Shown in pieces: positions 1 through 7,761 of a stretch of DNA of 27,389 nt. Every line of letters begins with the position of its first letter. Position 1 is the first letter of the stretch. Source of the DNA: Chlamydiota bacterium. Lineage in GTDB: Bacteria > Auribacterota > JACPWU01. Below the pieces are notes generated by a model that worked only from the letters and a program-made list of their open reading frames with translations, ran no database searches and was not told where the DNA came from. Made by a program: the position numbers and the translations under genes. Location: assembly GCA_016196885.1 (NCBI GenBank), contig JACPWU010000013.1, positions 1 to 27,389 on the forward strand. Direction: 5' to 3'.

Positions 1-300
1 ACGGGGAGGGATTCTGGCCATGAATCTGAAGACCGCCCTGGCCAGAATATGAAAAAGTAAATTAAAGGTATTGTCCAGAACAAAAAATAAATGCTCTGAA
101 TTTTTCTAAAACGATCGAAACCTTTTATCAGCAGACCCTACCTAGCCCAAGGACTTAACTCGTCACAAGCTCAAAATCTCCTAAGTGGATATCGTAGGTT
201 ATCTTGGTATTTTATACCTCATCCTCAGGAGTTGTTTACTTAAAGGATCATGGGTACCTTGTAACAGGTTGTGTGATTGTCCCTGCCTGAGCTATCAGTA

Positions 301-346
301 AGAGAAGCTGAGTCTGGAAAACGTTCAGGCTCAGCTTCTCTTTTTA
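301..346 (+). terminator. Rho-independent terminator-like hairpin (16-bp stem with one G-T wobble, 9-nt loop) followed by a T-run on the + strand
   Basis: AGAGAAGCTGAGTCTG (301-316) pairs with CAGGCTCAGCTTCTCT (326-341), followed by a T-run ending at 345. It lies 14 nt beyond the stop of the minus-strand protease gene and may act bidirectionally. The U-tract exists only for a + strand transcript. Confidence 0.6.
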
Positions 347-359
347 TACGAAGATTCTC

Positions 360-1481
360 CTATTCTGAGCAAATTCCATAAATAGCTTGAACGCCCGCGG
401 TATCACCTGTATAAAGCGTGTTATTCTTGCATTGTCCGGGCTGTGCATACCCAAACATGGTTTCGCGAAAATAGGTGTAGTCGTAGATGTCGTCTAGGCA
501 AAGCCAGTGGCCAAACTCATGAGTTGCGATGTTTTGCAAGTCTACAGTTTGGTAGTAATAATAATAGAAACCGCAAGCCGGGACACCAAATTTGTAGGAT
601 TGTTGAAACACGACGTCAACTTCAGCGGTGGATAATGTATCTGACCAGTACCATTGGTAAGTTGATGCATATGCATCTTCATTTGCTGTTCCGAAGGTAA
701 GGGTGTTCTTATAGTCTTGAACAGCTGTTGTCAGGTTTGGGTCATTTGAGATGGAGACATAGGCACCAAATGACCAGCAGGCTCCTGCTGAATCCCAAGC
801 ATTTGCCGCATCTTGAAATGCGGATATGACTTGATCATCTGTGAGCCCGTCATCATTGTTATTATTGATATACCAGCCGTCCACAGGATGATACTCTCCA
901 TTCGAATAGCTCCCACTCGTTTCCACCCAGTCCAATGAGTCGTCTTCGACACCATCTCCATCTAGATCAAAAATGCACAGTTGATAGGTCGAAGACTGTT
1001 CGATCTGGTATCGCAAATCAGCAAGTCCTGTCGACCCCTTGATCATTCGACGCAGAAGGTCCTGCTCGGAAATATTCCACTCAATCGCCTTTCCTGCCCT
1101 AAGTGAAATTTTGCCTTGTGGACCCCCCATGATCGTGAAAAATCCGTCAGAATGGGCCCTTAGGAAGAATAGAGCACGATCTCCCCTGGGAAGAGGAGGG
1201 GTATCTGAGACCTTTAAACCTCTTCCGTCAACAACACCGCCGGGTTGTTCAATGATCAGCAGCCCAGAGGGGTTTCCTTTGAACTTTTTCTCTACGGCGA
1301 CGGAGATTTTTGTAACGATGAGGTTATCTTCCCAATGGGAAAATCGATCTGCGACCCTGCCGATGACAATGACATTCGCCTCTTCGTACAGCTTTGAAGG
1401 CTCTTTTTCAAGATAGGACGCTTCTGCACTGAATGTTAGAACGCTAAGAAATACAGCTAGAATGGAAAGAGATAAACGCAT
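360..1481 (-). CDS. Secreted matrixin-like (metzincin) zinc metalloprotease, 373 aa
   Basis: The ORF track gives 360..1514. I start at the internal ATG at 1481 (MRLSLSILAVFLSVLTFSAEA signal peptide), which is preceded by AAGGAGG. The C-terminal catalytic domain has HEFGHWLCLDD (HExxHxxGxxD-type zinc site with Asp in the third-ligand position), a candidate Met-turn (ETMFGY), and LYTGDTAGVQAIYG resembling the matrixin DDxxGIQxLYG tail. A DxDGDG calcium-type motif is also present. Confidence 0.75.
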   Translation of the reverse strand: MRLSLSILAVFLSVLTFSAEASYLEKEPSKLYEEANVIVIGRVADRFSHWEDNLIVTKISVAVEKKFKGNPSGLLIIEQPGGVVDGRGLKVSDTPPLPRGDRALFFLRAHSDGFFTIMGGPQGKISLRAGKAIEWNISEQDLLRRMIKGSTGLADLRYQIEQSSTYQLCIFDLDGDGVEDDSLDWVETSGSYSNGEYHPVDGWYINNNNDDGLTDDQVISAFQDAANAWDSAGACWSFGAYVSISNDPNLTTAVQDYKNTLTFGTANEDAYASTYQWYWSDTLSTAEVDVVFQQSYKFGVPACGFYYYYYQTVDLQNIATHEFGHWLCLDDIYDYTYFRETMFGYAQPGQCKNNTLYTGDTAGVQAIYGICSE

Positions 1482-1610
1482 AAATACCTCCTTTATTTGA
1501 TCAGTTTTGAACAAAAAAGGCGCTTTCTCCAGTGGAAAGTATGCCCCTACCTTTATTACTGACCCGAGGGAGCTGCAAAAAGTAAAAAACTTTTTTAAAG
1601 AATCAACAAA

Positions 1611-1646
1611 TATATATATATATAACGTCGCATAATATATATTATG
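1611..1646. repeat. (TA)7 microsatellite (1611-1624) followed by a perfect 16-bp palindrome CATAATATATATTATG (1631-1646), inside a very AT-rich tract
   Basis: Read directly from the sequence. It lies in the upstream region of the protease gene. Confidence 0.9.
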
Positions 1647-1747
1647 TTAAATTTAAGATATAATAAAAATGGAATTAAAATTATATAACTTATTGGTATT
1701 AGGTTGATTATGATTTTTATGGCTTTGACTGTGGATAACCTGTTGAT

Positions 1748-1805
1748 GAGTGCTTAAGTGCTTAAGTTGGTGAGTGCTTTAAGCACTCAAGCACTTAAAG
1801 CACTT
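1748..1805. repeat. Array of an approximately 8-nt unit: three direct AGTGCTT(A/T) copies, then three inverted AAGCACT(C/T) copies, centred on the perfect hairpin GAGTGCTT-T-AAGCACTC
   Basis: GAGTGCTTAAGTGCTTAAGTTGGTGAGTGCTTTAAGCACTCAAGCACTTAAAGCACTT, read directly. It can fold into a long, slip-capable stem-loop. Confidence 0.85.
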
Positions 1806-1855
1806 AAAAAAAACCGTGCAGGAAATAGTGAGAAAAAATAACTATCTCCTGCACG
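1806..1855 (-). terminator. Rho-independent terminator of the lipoprotein gene
   Basis: CGTGCAGGAAATAGT (1815-1829) pairs with ACTATCTCCTGCACG (1841-1855): 15 bp, one mismatch, 11-nt loop. On the minus strand it is followed by T8 (1806-1813). It begins 14 nt after the stop at 1869. Confidence 0.8.
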
Positions 1856-1868
1856 ATTTGGGTTGGGT

Positions 1869-2210
1869 TTATTGTACAGTGAAGGTGCTGTTATCAATGG
1901 GACAACGGACTTGACTGCCTGACGCATAACCAGTCACGTCCACGTCATGGCCTTGAGGACATTGTTGAACGCGGTGTGCGCTTTCATTTTTTCTTTCCTC
2001 GGAATTGCCAATTAATCCACCAATAACTCCCCCACCTACAGCCCCAATGGCAGCACCTGCGCCTGTATTACCAGATTGATGCCCAATGATGGCTCCGACA
2101 GCGCCACCTGCCAAGGCTCCACCCGTGGCTCCTTCTTCAGTTTGAGTGCAACCGCTCGTCGCAAGAGCGATGCTCACAAGACCCAGCATAACCCATGTGT
2201 TTTTCTTCAT
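1869..2210 (-). CDS. Glycine-zipper outer-membrane-type lipoprotein (SlyB / 17-kDa antigen-like), 113 aa
   Basis: Signal peptide with lipobox (LATSGC). Long Gly/Ala zipper (GGALAGGAVGAIIGHQSGNTGAGAAIGAVGGGVIGGLIG). GGAGAAACA RBS-like sequence upstream. Terminator downstream. Confidence 0.8.
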   Translation of the reverse strand: MKKNTWVMLGLVSIALATSGCTQTEEGATGGALAGGAVGAIIGHQSGNTGAGAAIGAVGGGVIGGLIGNSEERKNESAHRVQQCPQGHDVDVTGYASGSQVRCPIDNSTFTVQ

Positions 2211-2290
2211 TGATGTTTCTCCTTTTTTCTATGCCTTTTAAGATTTCATTATATCATTATATCCGTGGGTTCAAAAAGAAGGATTTTTTA

Positions 2291-2311
2291 CGACTCACGA
2301 CTGAAGACTGA
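2291..2311. repeat. Three tandem heptamers CGACTCA-CGACTGA-AGACTGA just downstream of the GH57 stop
   Basis: Read directly. Confidence 0.6.
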
Positions 2312-2313
2312 AT

Positions 2314-4503
2314 TTACCGAGATGTTACAGAGAATTCAATGGAGGCTTCGAAAGGAATTTGAGGAGATAATAAGGTTTTCCAAAGTAAAAGAATGCAAGA
2401 GCCTTGATAAGTTCTTTCAAAACCGCTTTCCGACTGAGAGATGGTTTCCAGAGGGAAATACCAAACGGTTGTGGGTGGAGAAGATGAGATTTGGATTGTG
2501 AAATGGTCTTCATCGTTCACCATTTCGACCCTTTCACAAGTGGCCATTTCTCCTTTGGCTCCCAGTAAGACATGAGGTTTTTGGGAATTGAAACGATAGT
2601 AGCGTTTCGCATCATTTCCGCAAAGAAGCGTGAGATTGAGTTCTGTCCCGAACCAGATTTCAGCCGTTTGGTTTTCTGAAGATGTAACACGATAATGGAT
2701 TTGAAAAGAGTCATGGGATTTTGAATCATGGCTGAAGGTTTTTCGAATGGTTAAAGGATGGGGAGGAAATCCTTCTCGAAAAAGATGTCCTTCCCTTTTT
2801 AGGGCGATAGAGACCTGATTTTCCCTTTTTTCGATTTTCTCCGTCGTATAGGGTTGGTTGACGAAATCGCCTTCCTCTCGGAAGCGGCACTCATAAAATT
2901 GTTGAAGTGTGGTTGCAGGATGAATCAAGTGATCTAAAAATGAGAAGCGGGTGTACCAATCATAGAATAAAAATTGCTCCAGACCCTCCTCCTTGACTGT
3001 GCTGATGTCATGAATGGATTTGGGTTGGCCACCCCCCGTCTGTTGTTTTTCTTTTTCAGCATGGGCGATTTTCTCGTGATAGCTTTCTTCTCGACGGGTC
3101 AAGACATTGGTAAGATTGAAATGTTTGGGCCGATAATCGAGCTCACAAACAGAGCCCCCCTCATGGGGCTGCAAATAGAGGTTAAAGTTTTTTGTAGATA
3201 AAAGGATTTCATCTTTTCCATCGCAATTGTAATCTAGGTTCTCAAGATGAAGCCTTCCTTTGTGAGTTTTTAGCGCGATGTCTTCTGCCTTGATGAGATG
3301 GGTGTAATTGGCATGGCGTAGATAATTTAAATAAAGCCCTCCAAAAAGCCCATGCCAATAAGGGCAATTACACTCCCCCTTCCAAAGTTCTTTCTGAGCT
3401 TTCTCCTTTTCTTTTGCATCGTGAATTTTGGAAACCATACGGCTTACATGCGTCATCTTCTTATGCATGAGGTTGCTTTCAGGGTATTTGGAAAAAAAGT
3501 TTCTCCAGAATCCCCCGCGTAAAAAAGGTCTCAGGGCTTCATACCTCCCGGAGTTCTTGAGATCCTGAAGGGTCCCTTCATAAAGCTTTTGAGCTTTTGT
3601 GGGAAGCGACCATTCCATCATTTCTTCATAAGAGGCATTGGGAAGATAGGTTCTCCCCATAGGAGGATGGGTTTCGAGATATTCAGAAAAGGGGGTCATT
3701 TTAATCCAGTGGGCATTTTCTTCGAGGAGGTTGAAGAGACGATCTAAATATTTTTCCTCAAAAACCCATTTGTAAGTTCCTGGCCAAAGACCTAATTTTT
3801 CTCCGTCATCTCCTAAGGTGATCCCCCGATCTCCCAAATGACTGGAGACACTTGCCAGGAACTCAATTGTTTTTTCAGGCGTGTTGAAAGGGATCAAGTA
3901 GCGTAATCCTTTATGAATTGGGAAAACAGATAAGGTTTTTCCTTTGTCTTCTGTGACATAGTGACCGAACATGTCTTTTTCTTGAAGGCCCGCATAATAA
4001 AAATGGGTGTCGTCAAGGAGTGTATATTCAATCCCGCTCTGATGGATGATGGAGGCGAGCTGCGGTTCCCAGACCCGCTCCGCAAGCCACATGCCTTTGG
4101 GTTTTTTTCCAAATTTTTCAAAGAGGTATTGATTCATCATTTCAATCTGGCCAAGCGCGTCTTCTTCAGAAAGGGTTGAAATGAGGGGTTCATAAAAAGC
4201 CCCTCCCATGAGTTCGATTTGATTTCGGTCTGAGAGATTTTTCAATTTCTTAAGATAATCTGGCCTGTTCTCTTCCAGCCATTCCAGAAGAGAACCTGTG
4301 TGATGAAGGGTTAGGCGGATTTTTGGATGACGGCTCAGGGTATCCAGAAAAGGTTCGTAGCAATACTTAACAGCATCGTTAAAAACCCATTCAAAGTTTC
4401 CGACGGGCTGATGGTTGTGAATGGCAAAAAGAAAATGGATCGGGTTCACTTGATTCTCCAAGAATTTTAAATGCCCAATTTTAATTGGACATTCATTTGT
4501 CAT
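2314..4503 (-). CDS. Glycoside hydrolase family 57 protein, 4-alpha-glucanotransferase / alpha-amylase-like, 729 aa
   Basis: GH57 signature regions are present: HNHQPVGNF near the N-terminus, WLAERVWEP (nucleophile-Glu region) and GDDGEKLGLWPG (acid/base-Asp region). Confidence 0.85.
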   Translation of the reverse strand: MTNECPIKIGHLKFLENQVNPIHFLFAIHNHQPVGNFEWVFNDAVKYCYEPFLDTLSRHPKIRLTLHHTGSLLEWLEENRPDYLKKLKNLSDRNQIELMGGAFYEPLISTLSEEDALGQIEMMNQYLFEKFGKKPKGMWLAERVWEPQLASIIHQSGIEYTLLDDTHFYYAGLQEKDMFGHYVTEDKGKTLSVFPIHKGLRYLIPFNTPEKTIEFLASVSSHLGDRGITLGDDGEKLGLWPGTYKWVFEEKYLDRLFNLLEENAHWIKMTPFSEYLETHPPMGRTYLPNASYEEMMEWSLPTKAQKLYEGTLQDLKNSGRYEALRPFLRGGFWRNFFSKYPESNLMHKKMTHVSRMVSKIHDAKEKEKAQKELWKGECNCPYWHGLFGGLYLNYLRHANYTHLIKAEDIALKTHKGRLHLENLDYNCDGKDEILLSTKNFNLYLQPHEGGSVCELDYRPKHFNLTNVLTRREESYHEKIAHAEKEKQQTGGGQPKSIHDISTVKEEGLEQFLFYDWYTRFSFLDHLIHPATTLQQFYECRFREEGDFVNQPYTTEKIEKRENQVSIALKREGHLFREGFPPHPLTIRKTFSHDSKSHDSFQIHYRVTSSENQTAEIWFGTELNLTLLCGNDAKRYYRFNSQKPHVLLGAKGEMATCERVEMVNDEDHFTIQISSSPPTTVWYFPLETISQSESGFERTYQGSCILLLWKTLLSPQIPFEASIEFSVTSR

Positions 4504-4538
4504 TGGTGATTGGTGACTGGTAATGGGTTATTGTTTTT
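4504..4538. repeat. Degenerate tandem heptamers TGGTGAT-TGGTGAC-TGGTAAT-GGGTTAT-TGTTTTT filling the entire spacer between the two GH57 genes
   Basis: Read directly. The 7-nt phase continues into the first codons of the downstream gene (ATTCATT-TGTCATT). Confidence 0.6.
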
Positions 4539-4539
4539 A

Positions 4540-6705
4540 TCACGCACTCCACATTTCCATTTCAAAATCTTTTGTTGGAACTGTGAAACTGATCCATCCA
4601 AATTTGGGATGGATTTCCTGAACCATATCGCCTTGTGAAATTGAAACTCGAAATTTGACCTCGTCACTTTCCTTGAGATTTAAATCAGTAAAAGGAATGG
4701 CAAATTCAAAGGTATCTTCAAAGGCAGCAGTGTTTGATTCCTTGCCCTTTTGAAAAATGATGCCATCCTCGCTTGAATAGAGCGTGAATTTTTTCTTTTG
4801 AGCCTTTTTGAAGGCGTGGGGGATCACTATCTTATACTCATGGGGCTTTGTCAAGGAGATGTTCATCTGAATGAGATCCAGGTGTTTCAGATGAGACAAT
4901 TTGAAGGGATCAATCCTGAGATAGAGGGTATGCAGATCAAAACCGAAGAAGATTTTGTTGATGTACTTCTCAGAACGATGCATGGCCGTTTCTGTCGGCG
5001 CAAGGAAAAGACCTGCCTCATGCCATTCATAGAAGTGAGAATTCTTGCCGTCTATTGCGGGCTGGATAAAACCGATGGGCTTTTGGGTAGCGACTTCTGT
5101 CTTGATCCCCAGAATGGATTGACTGAGGTATTCTGGAATTTCTTGGCGGGCCATTTTGTAACAGGCCTCAAGGTGAAGGCGGAAGAGGCGGTCGAATTCT
5201 TCATCATTGTCTGTAGAAAAGTCGTCTCCGTACCACCAAAACCAATCGCTTCCTTGCGCAATATAAATTTGCTCTAGAATTTTTTCTTTCTCTTCATCTG
5301 AAATGTTTTGAAGGCGTTTGACAAATTCCCGCGTTTTCCCTAAATATTCCCAGGCAGTATTTTCTTCTTCAGAACCAATCCAAATGTCAAAATCATGATG
5401 GATCCAAGACCCTGTATGAAGATGAGGAAGGATTTTTCGTTTCGTGGATTTTTTTAAGTAATCTGTGAAGGTGGTTGGGATGAAGTCTCTATCTTGGGAC
5501 AACGGATCATAAATTCTTCTCAAGAAACCCTCTCCCCCGTCAGGATAATGCTCCCACGCGTTCTCTCCATCTAAAATGATAGGGACGATGACCTCCTCCC
5601 CTCCGCCTGTATATTGTTGGATTTGATGAAGGTGTTTCAAAAAATCTTCGGCCGACCGCTGCGGAGAATTTTGAGAATAAGTGAAGCCGATCAAATCTGA
5701 AAGACCTCGATCGCGAAAGAAGATATTGACAGAGTTTTGATCTTGAGAAACTTCATAAGCTTTAAAGAGGTCTGTTCCCTTGTCATGCAAAGGGACGGAA
5801 TGACTTAAAATCTCTTCGTCTGTCGCAATCCATTGAATGCCAGCCTGCGAGAGGAGAGGGATGAGTTCTGGACAGACAGATCCCTCTGAGGGCCACAATC
5901 CTGTGGGTTTACGGTGAAAGACCTTTTCAAAATATTGAATGGCTTTTTGAATTTGGGCTTGGGCATCCTCGGGGAAGCTGTATTTTTTGGGCAAGGGAGA
6001 TTGAGGAAGACATCTTTTTGCAAAGTCGGTGTTGTAAACCAAAGGGAGGATGGGGTGATAAAAGGGGCTCGTCGTTAATTCAATTTTGTCTTTTTGCCAG
6101 GCCTCTTGGTAAGAAGGAATGACCTGACGGATGATCTCTTTTTGAAGAGCGATGATACGTTGAATGTCTGGGTCCGTGAAATCCTTTCCCTTTTGAATGA
6201 GTTCTGTGATTTCAGGAAATTTCTTCTTAGAGCGATAGCCAAACCAGGCAAGATTGGCCCAGGCTTGAAGGTCTCTGAAATCTTTTGTCTGAAAAAATTT
6301 TGAGGTTTGATGAAGATCCACGGATTCCATTTTAAAGCCTCGCTTTACCAATAATTCCCAGTAGCGGGGATGGGGCTTGATCATGTTGCTCCAATGGGCC
6401 ATGAAGAAATTATACAGCATGTCATACTTTTGAGAAGGTGTGAGATCCCCCGCCGGAATGAGGGTTAAGTCTAGGAAAGGATCTGACACTTCATTTTCAG
6501 CATAGTCGAGAAGTTGCTTGATTAAGGAAGGGACCAGGTTGAAAGCTACTTTCATCTCAGGGTATTCTTGCAAAAGGTCAATCATGTCAAAATACCCTTT
6601 GATGGCGTGGAGTCTTACCCAGGGCATGAGAAAACGATTTTTCAAATTGTCTTTGTAATAGGGCTGATGCATGTGCCAGAGAAAAGCCACATGGAGCGGT
6701 TTCAA
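4540..6705 (-). CDS. Glycoside hydrolase family 57 protein, amylopullulanase / alpha-amylase-like, 721 aa
   Basis: FLWHMHQPYY, GLWPSEGSV and ILDGENAWEHY match GH57 conserved regions. The apparent TTG start (6705-6703) overlaps the galT-like TGA stop (6704-6702), implying translational coupling. Confidence 0.85.
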   Translation of the reverse strand: MKPLHVAFLWHMHQPYYKDNLKNRFLMPWVRLHAIKGYFDMIDLLQEYPEMKVAFNLVPSLIKQLLDYAENEVSDPFLDLTLIPAGDLTPSQKYDMLYNFFMAHWSNMIKPHPRYWELLVKRGFKMESVDLHQTSKFFQTKDFRDLQAWANLAWFGYRSKKKFPEITELIQKGKDFTDPDIQRIIALQKEIIRQVIPSYQEAWQKDKIELTTSPFYHPILPLVYNTDFAKRCLPQSPLPKKYSFPEDAQAQIQKAIQYFEKVFHRKPTGLWPSEGSVCPELIPLLSQAGIQWIATDEEILSHSVPLHDKGTDLFKAYEVSQDQNSVNIFFRDRGLSDLIGFTYSQNSPQRSAEDFLKHLHQIQQYTGGGEEVIVPIILDGENAWEHYPDGGEGFLRRIYDPLSQDRDFIPTTFTDYLKKSTKRKILPHLHTGSWIHHDFDIWIGSEEENTAWEYLGKTREFVKRLQNISDEEKEKILEQIYIAQGSDWFWWYGDDFSTDNDEEFDRLFRLHLEACYKMARQEIPEYLSQSILGIKTEVATQKPIGFIQPAIDGKNSHFYEWHEAGLFLAPTETAMHRSEKYINKIFFGFDLHTLYLRIDPFKLSHLKHLDLIQMNISLTKPHEYKIVIPHAFKKAQKKKFTLYSSEDGIIFQKGKESNTAAFEDTFEFAIPFTDLNLKESDEVKFRVSISQGDMVQEIHPKFGWISFTVPTKDFEMEMWSA

Positions 6706-7721
6706 ACTTCAGCCTCCTGTAAAAATTTCGAGGCTTCTTCAGGAATGGTGGGGTTGATGTAGAAGCCGCTTCCCCATTCAAAGCCGGCCACCTTCGTGAG
6801 ACGGGGCATGATTTCGACATGCCAATGATAATCTTGGTCAATGGTGGTCCAATATCCTCTCCTCTTCCATCGGATGGGGCCTGTGTGCAAAACGAAATTA
6901 TATTGAGGTTTGTTAAGGGCCTTCGCCAATTTTGCAAGGGTTACGCGCATGACATCTGAGAAACCTAGGATTTCATTGGAAGAGAGGGTGTGAAAATCCG
7001 GGTCGTGGCGTTTGGGAAGAACCATGATTTCAAAGGGAAATCGAGATGCAAACGGGCAAAAGGATAGAAAATGTTCATTTTCATAGACGGTTCTTAATTT
7101 TGCTCGTTGTTCTTCTACTAAAATGTCACAGAAAACGCATCGGTCCTTGTACTCAAAATATTGTTGAGCCCCCACCAGCTCTTCCTTCACCCGTTTAGGG
7201 GTGATAGGAGTGGCAATCAACTGAGAATGCGGATGGGTCAGCGAGGCCCCTGCCGAAGAACCTTCATTTTTAAAAATAAGAACATATTTCAAGCGAAGAT
7301 CATTTTCCAAATCTTTGATGCGGACCCGATAGGCCTCAAAAACTTTTGCAAGGCTTTCAATGGAATGCATCTCCATTTTCTGATCGTGGCGGGGAGTTTC
7401 GATAATCACTTCGTGGGCCCCAATTCCGTTCATGCGGTCATAGATTCCAACGCCCATTTTTTCCATCTCACCTTCAATCCGCAGGGCGGGAAATTTGTTG
7501 GGAACCACACGAACCTCCCAGCCGGAGGTGTTGGCATGCGTATGGGGATTTCGAATGGCAAAAATTTCGGAAGGGGTTTTCCCCTCGCTTCCCTCGCAGA
7601 AGGGACAACCTTCTTTTGAGAGATCATCCGCTTCCGTTCTAAAATCAGTGGGTCTTTTACCACGCTCGGTTGCAATGATCACCCACCGCCCCACAATTGG
7701 ATCTTTTCGGAGTTCTGGCAT
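6702..7721 (-). CDS. galT: Galactose-1-phosphate uridylyltransferase family protein (HIT superfamily; possibly an ADP-/UDP-glucose-hexose-1-phosphate nucleotidyltransferase or phosphorylase), 339 aa
   Basis: CPFCEGSEG zinc motif and the HPHSQL (His-Pro-His) active-site motif are present. I start at the ATG at 7721 (MPELRKDP), which is preceded by AAGGGTG, rather than at the GTG at 7730. Confidence 0.8.
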   Translation of the reverse strand: MPELRKDPIVGRWVIIATERGKRPTDFRTEADDLSKEGCPFCEGSEGKTPSEIFAIRNPHTHANTSGWEVRVVPNKFPALRIEGEMEKMGVGIYDRMNGIGAHEVIIETPRHDQKMEMHSIESLAKVFEAYRVRIKDLENDLRLKYVLIFKNEGSSAGASLTHPHSQLIATPITPKRVKEELVGAQQYFEYKDRCVFCDILVEEQRAKLRTVYENEHFLSFCPFASRFPFEIMVLPKRHDPDFHTLSSNEILGFSDVMRVTLAKLAKALNKPQYNFVLHTGPIRWKRRGYWTTIDQDYHWHVEIMPRLTKVAGFEWGSGFYINPTIPEEASKFLQEAEV

Positions 7722-7761
7722 TTTAAACACCCTTTATTTCAAATTCAAAACCTCACAGTTG

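Noticed and set aside
1-60. tmRNA 5' end (GGGGAGGGATTCTGG resembles GGGGCTGATTCTGG), or a Tn3-type GGGG terminal repeat.
   Set aside because: No tRNA-like T-arm or CCA 3' end, tag reading frame or pseudoknot-like segments follow. There is no matching inverted repeat at the other contig end.
1730-1738. Chromosomal or plasmid replication origin (a perfect DnaA box next to an AT-rich tract and repeats).
   Set aside because: Only one DnaA box is present. A single perfect 9-mer is expected by chance with a probability of about 0.2 in this much sequence. There is no dnaA, dnaN or rep gene nearby and no cluster of degenerate boxes. I kept it only as a detail of the AT-rich region finding.
1710-1757. 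A 15-codon + strand mini-ORF (MIFMALTVDNLLMSA) ending inside the 8-mer array, considered as a possible leader peptide.
   Set aside because: It has no convincing RBS, there is no downstream + strand gene to attenuate, and it is too short to evaluate.
1748-1805. CIRCE/HrcA operator, considered because of the GAGTGCT/AGCACTC words.
   Set aside because: The half-sites are in the opposite relative order, with 3-nt rather than 9-nt central spacing. The element is upstream of a protease gene, not a chaperone gene. No canonical TTAGCACTC-N9-GAGTGCTAA exists anywhere in the window.
1795-1806. The 12-nt string TTAAAGCACTTA, whose reverse complement TAAGTGCTTTAA also occurs upstream of the PMM gene (15850-15861).
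   Set aside because: A single shared 12-mer within 27 kb (both strands) is within chance expectation. There is no second shared word to support a relationship.
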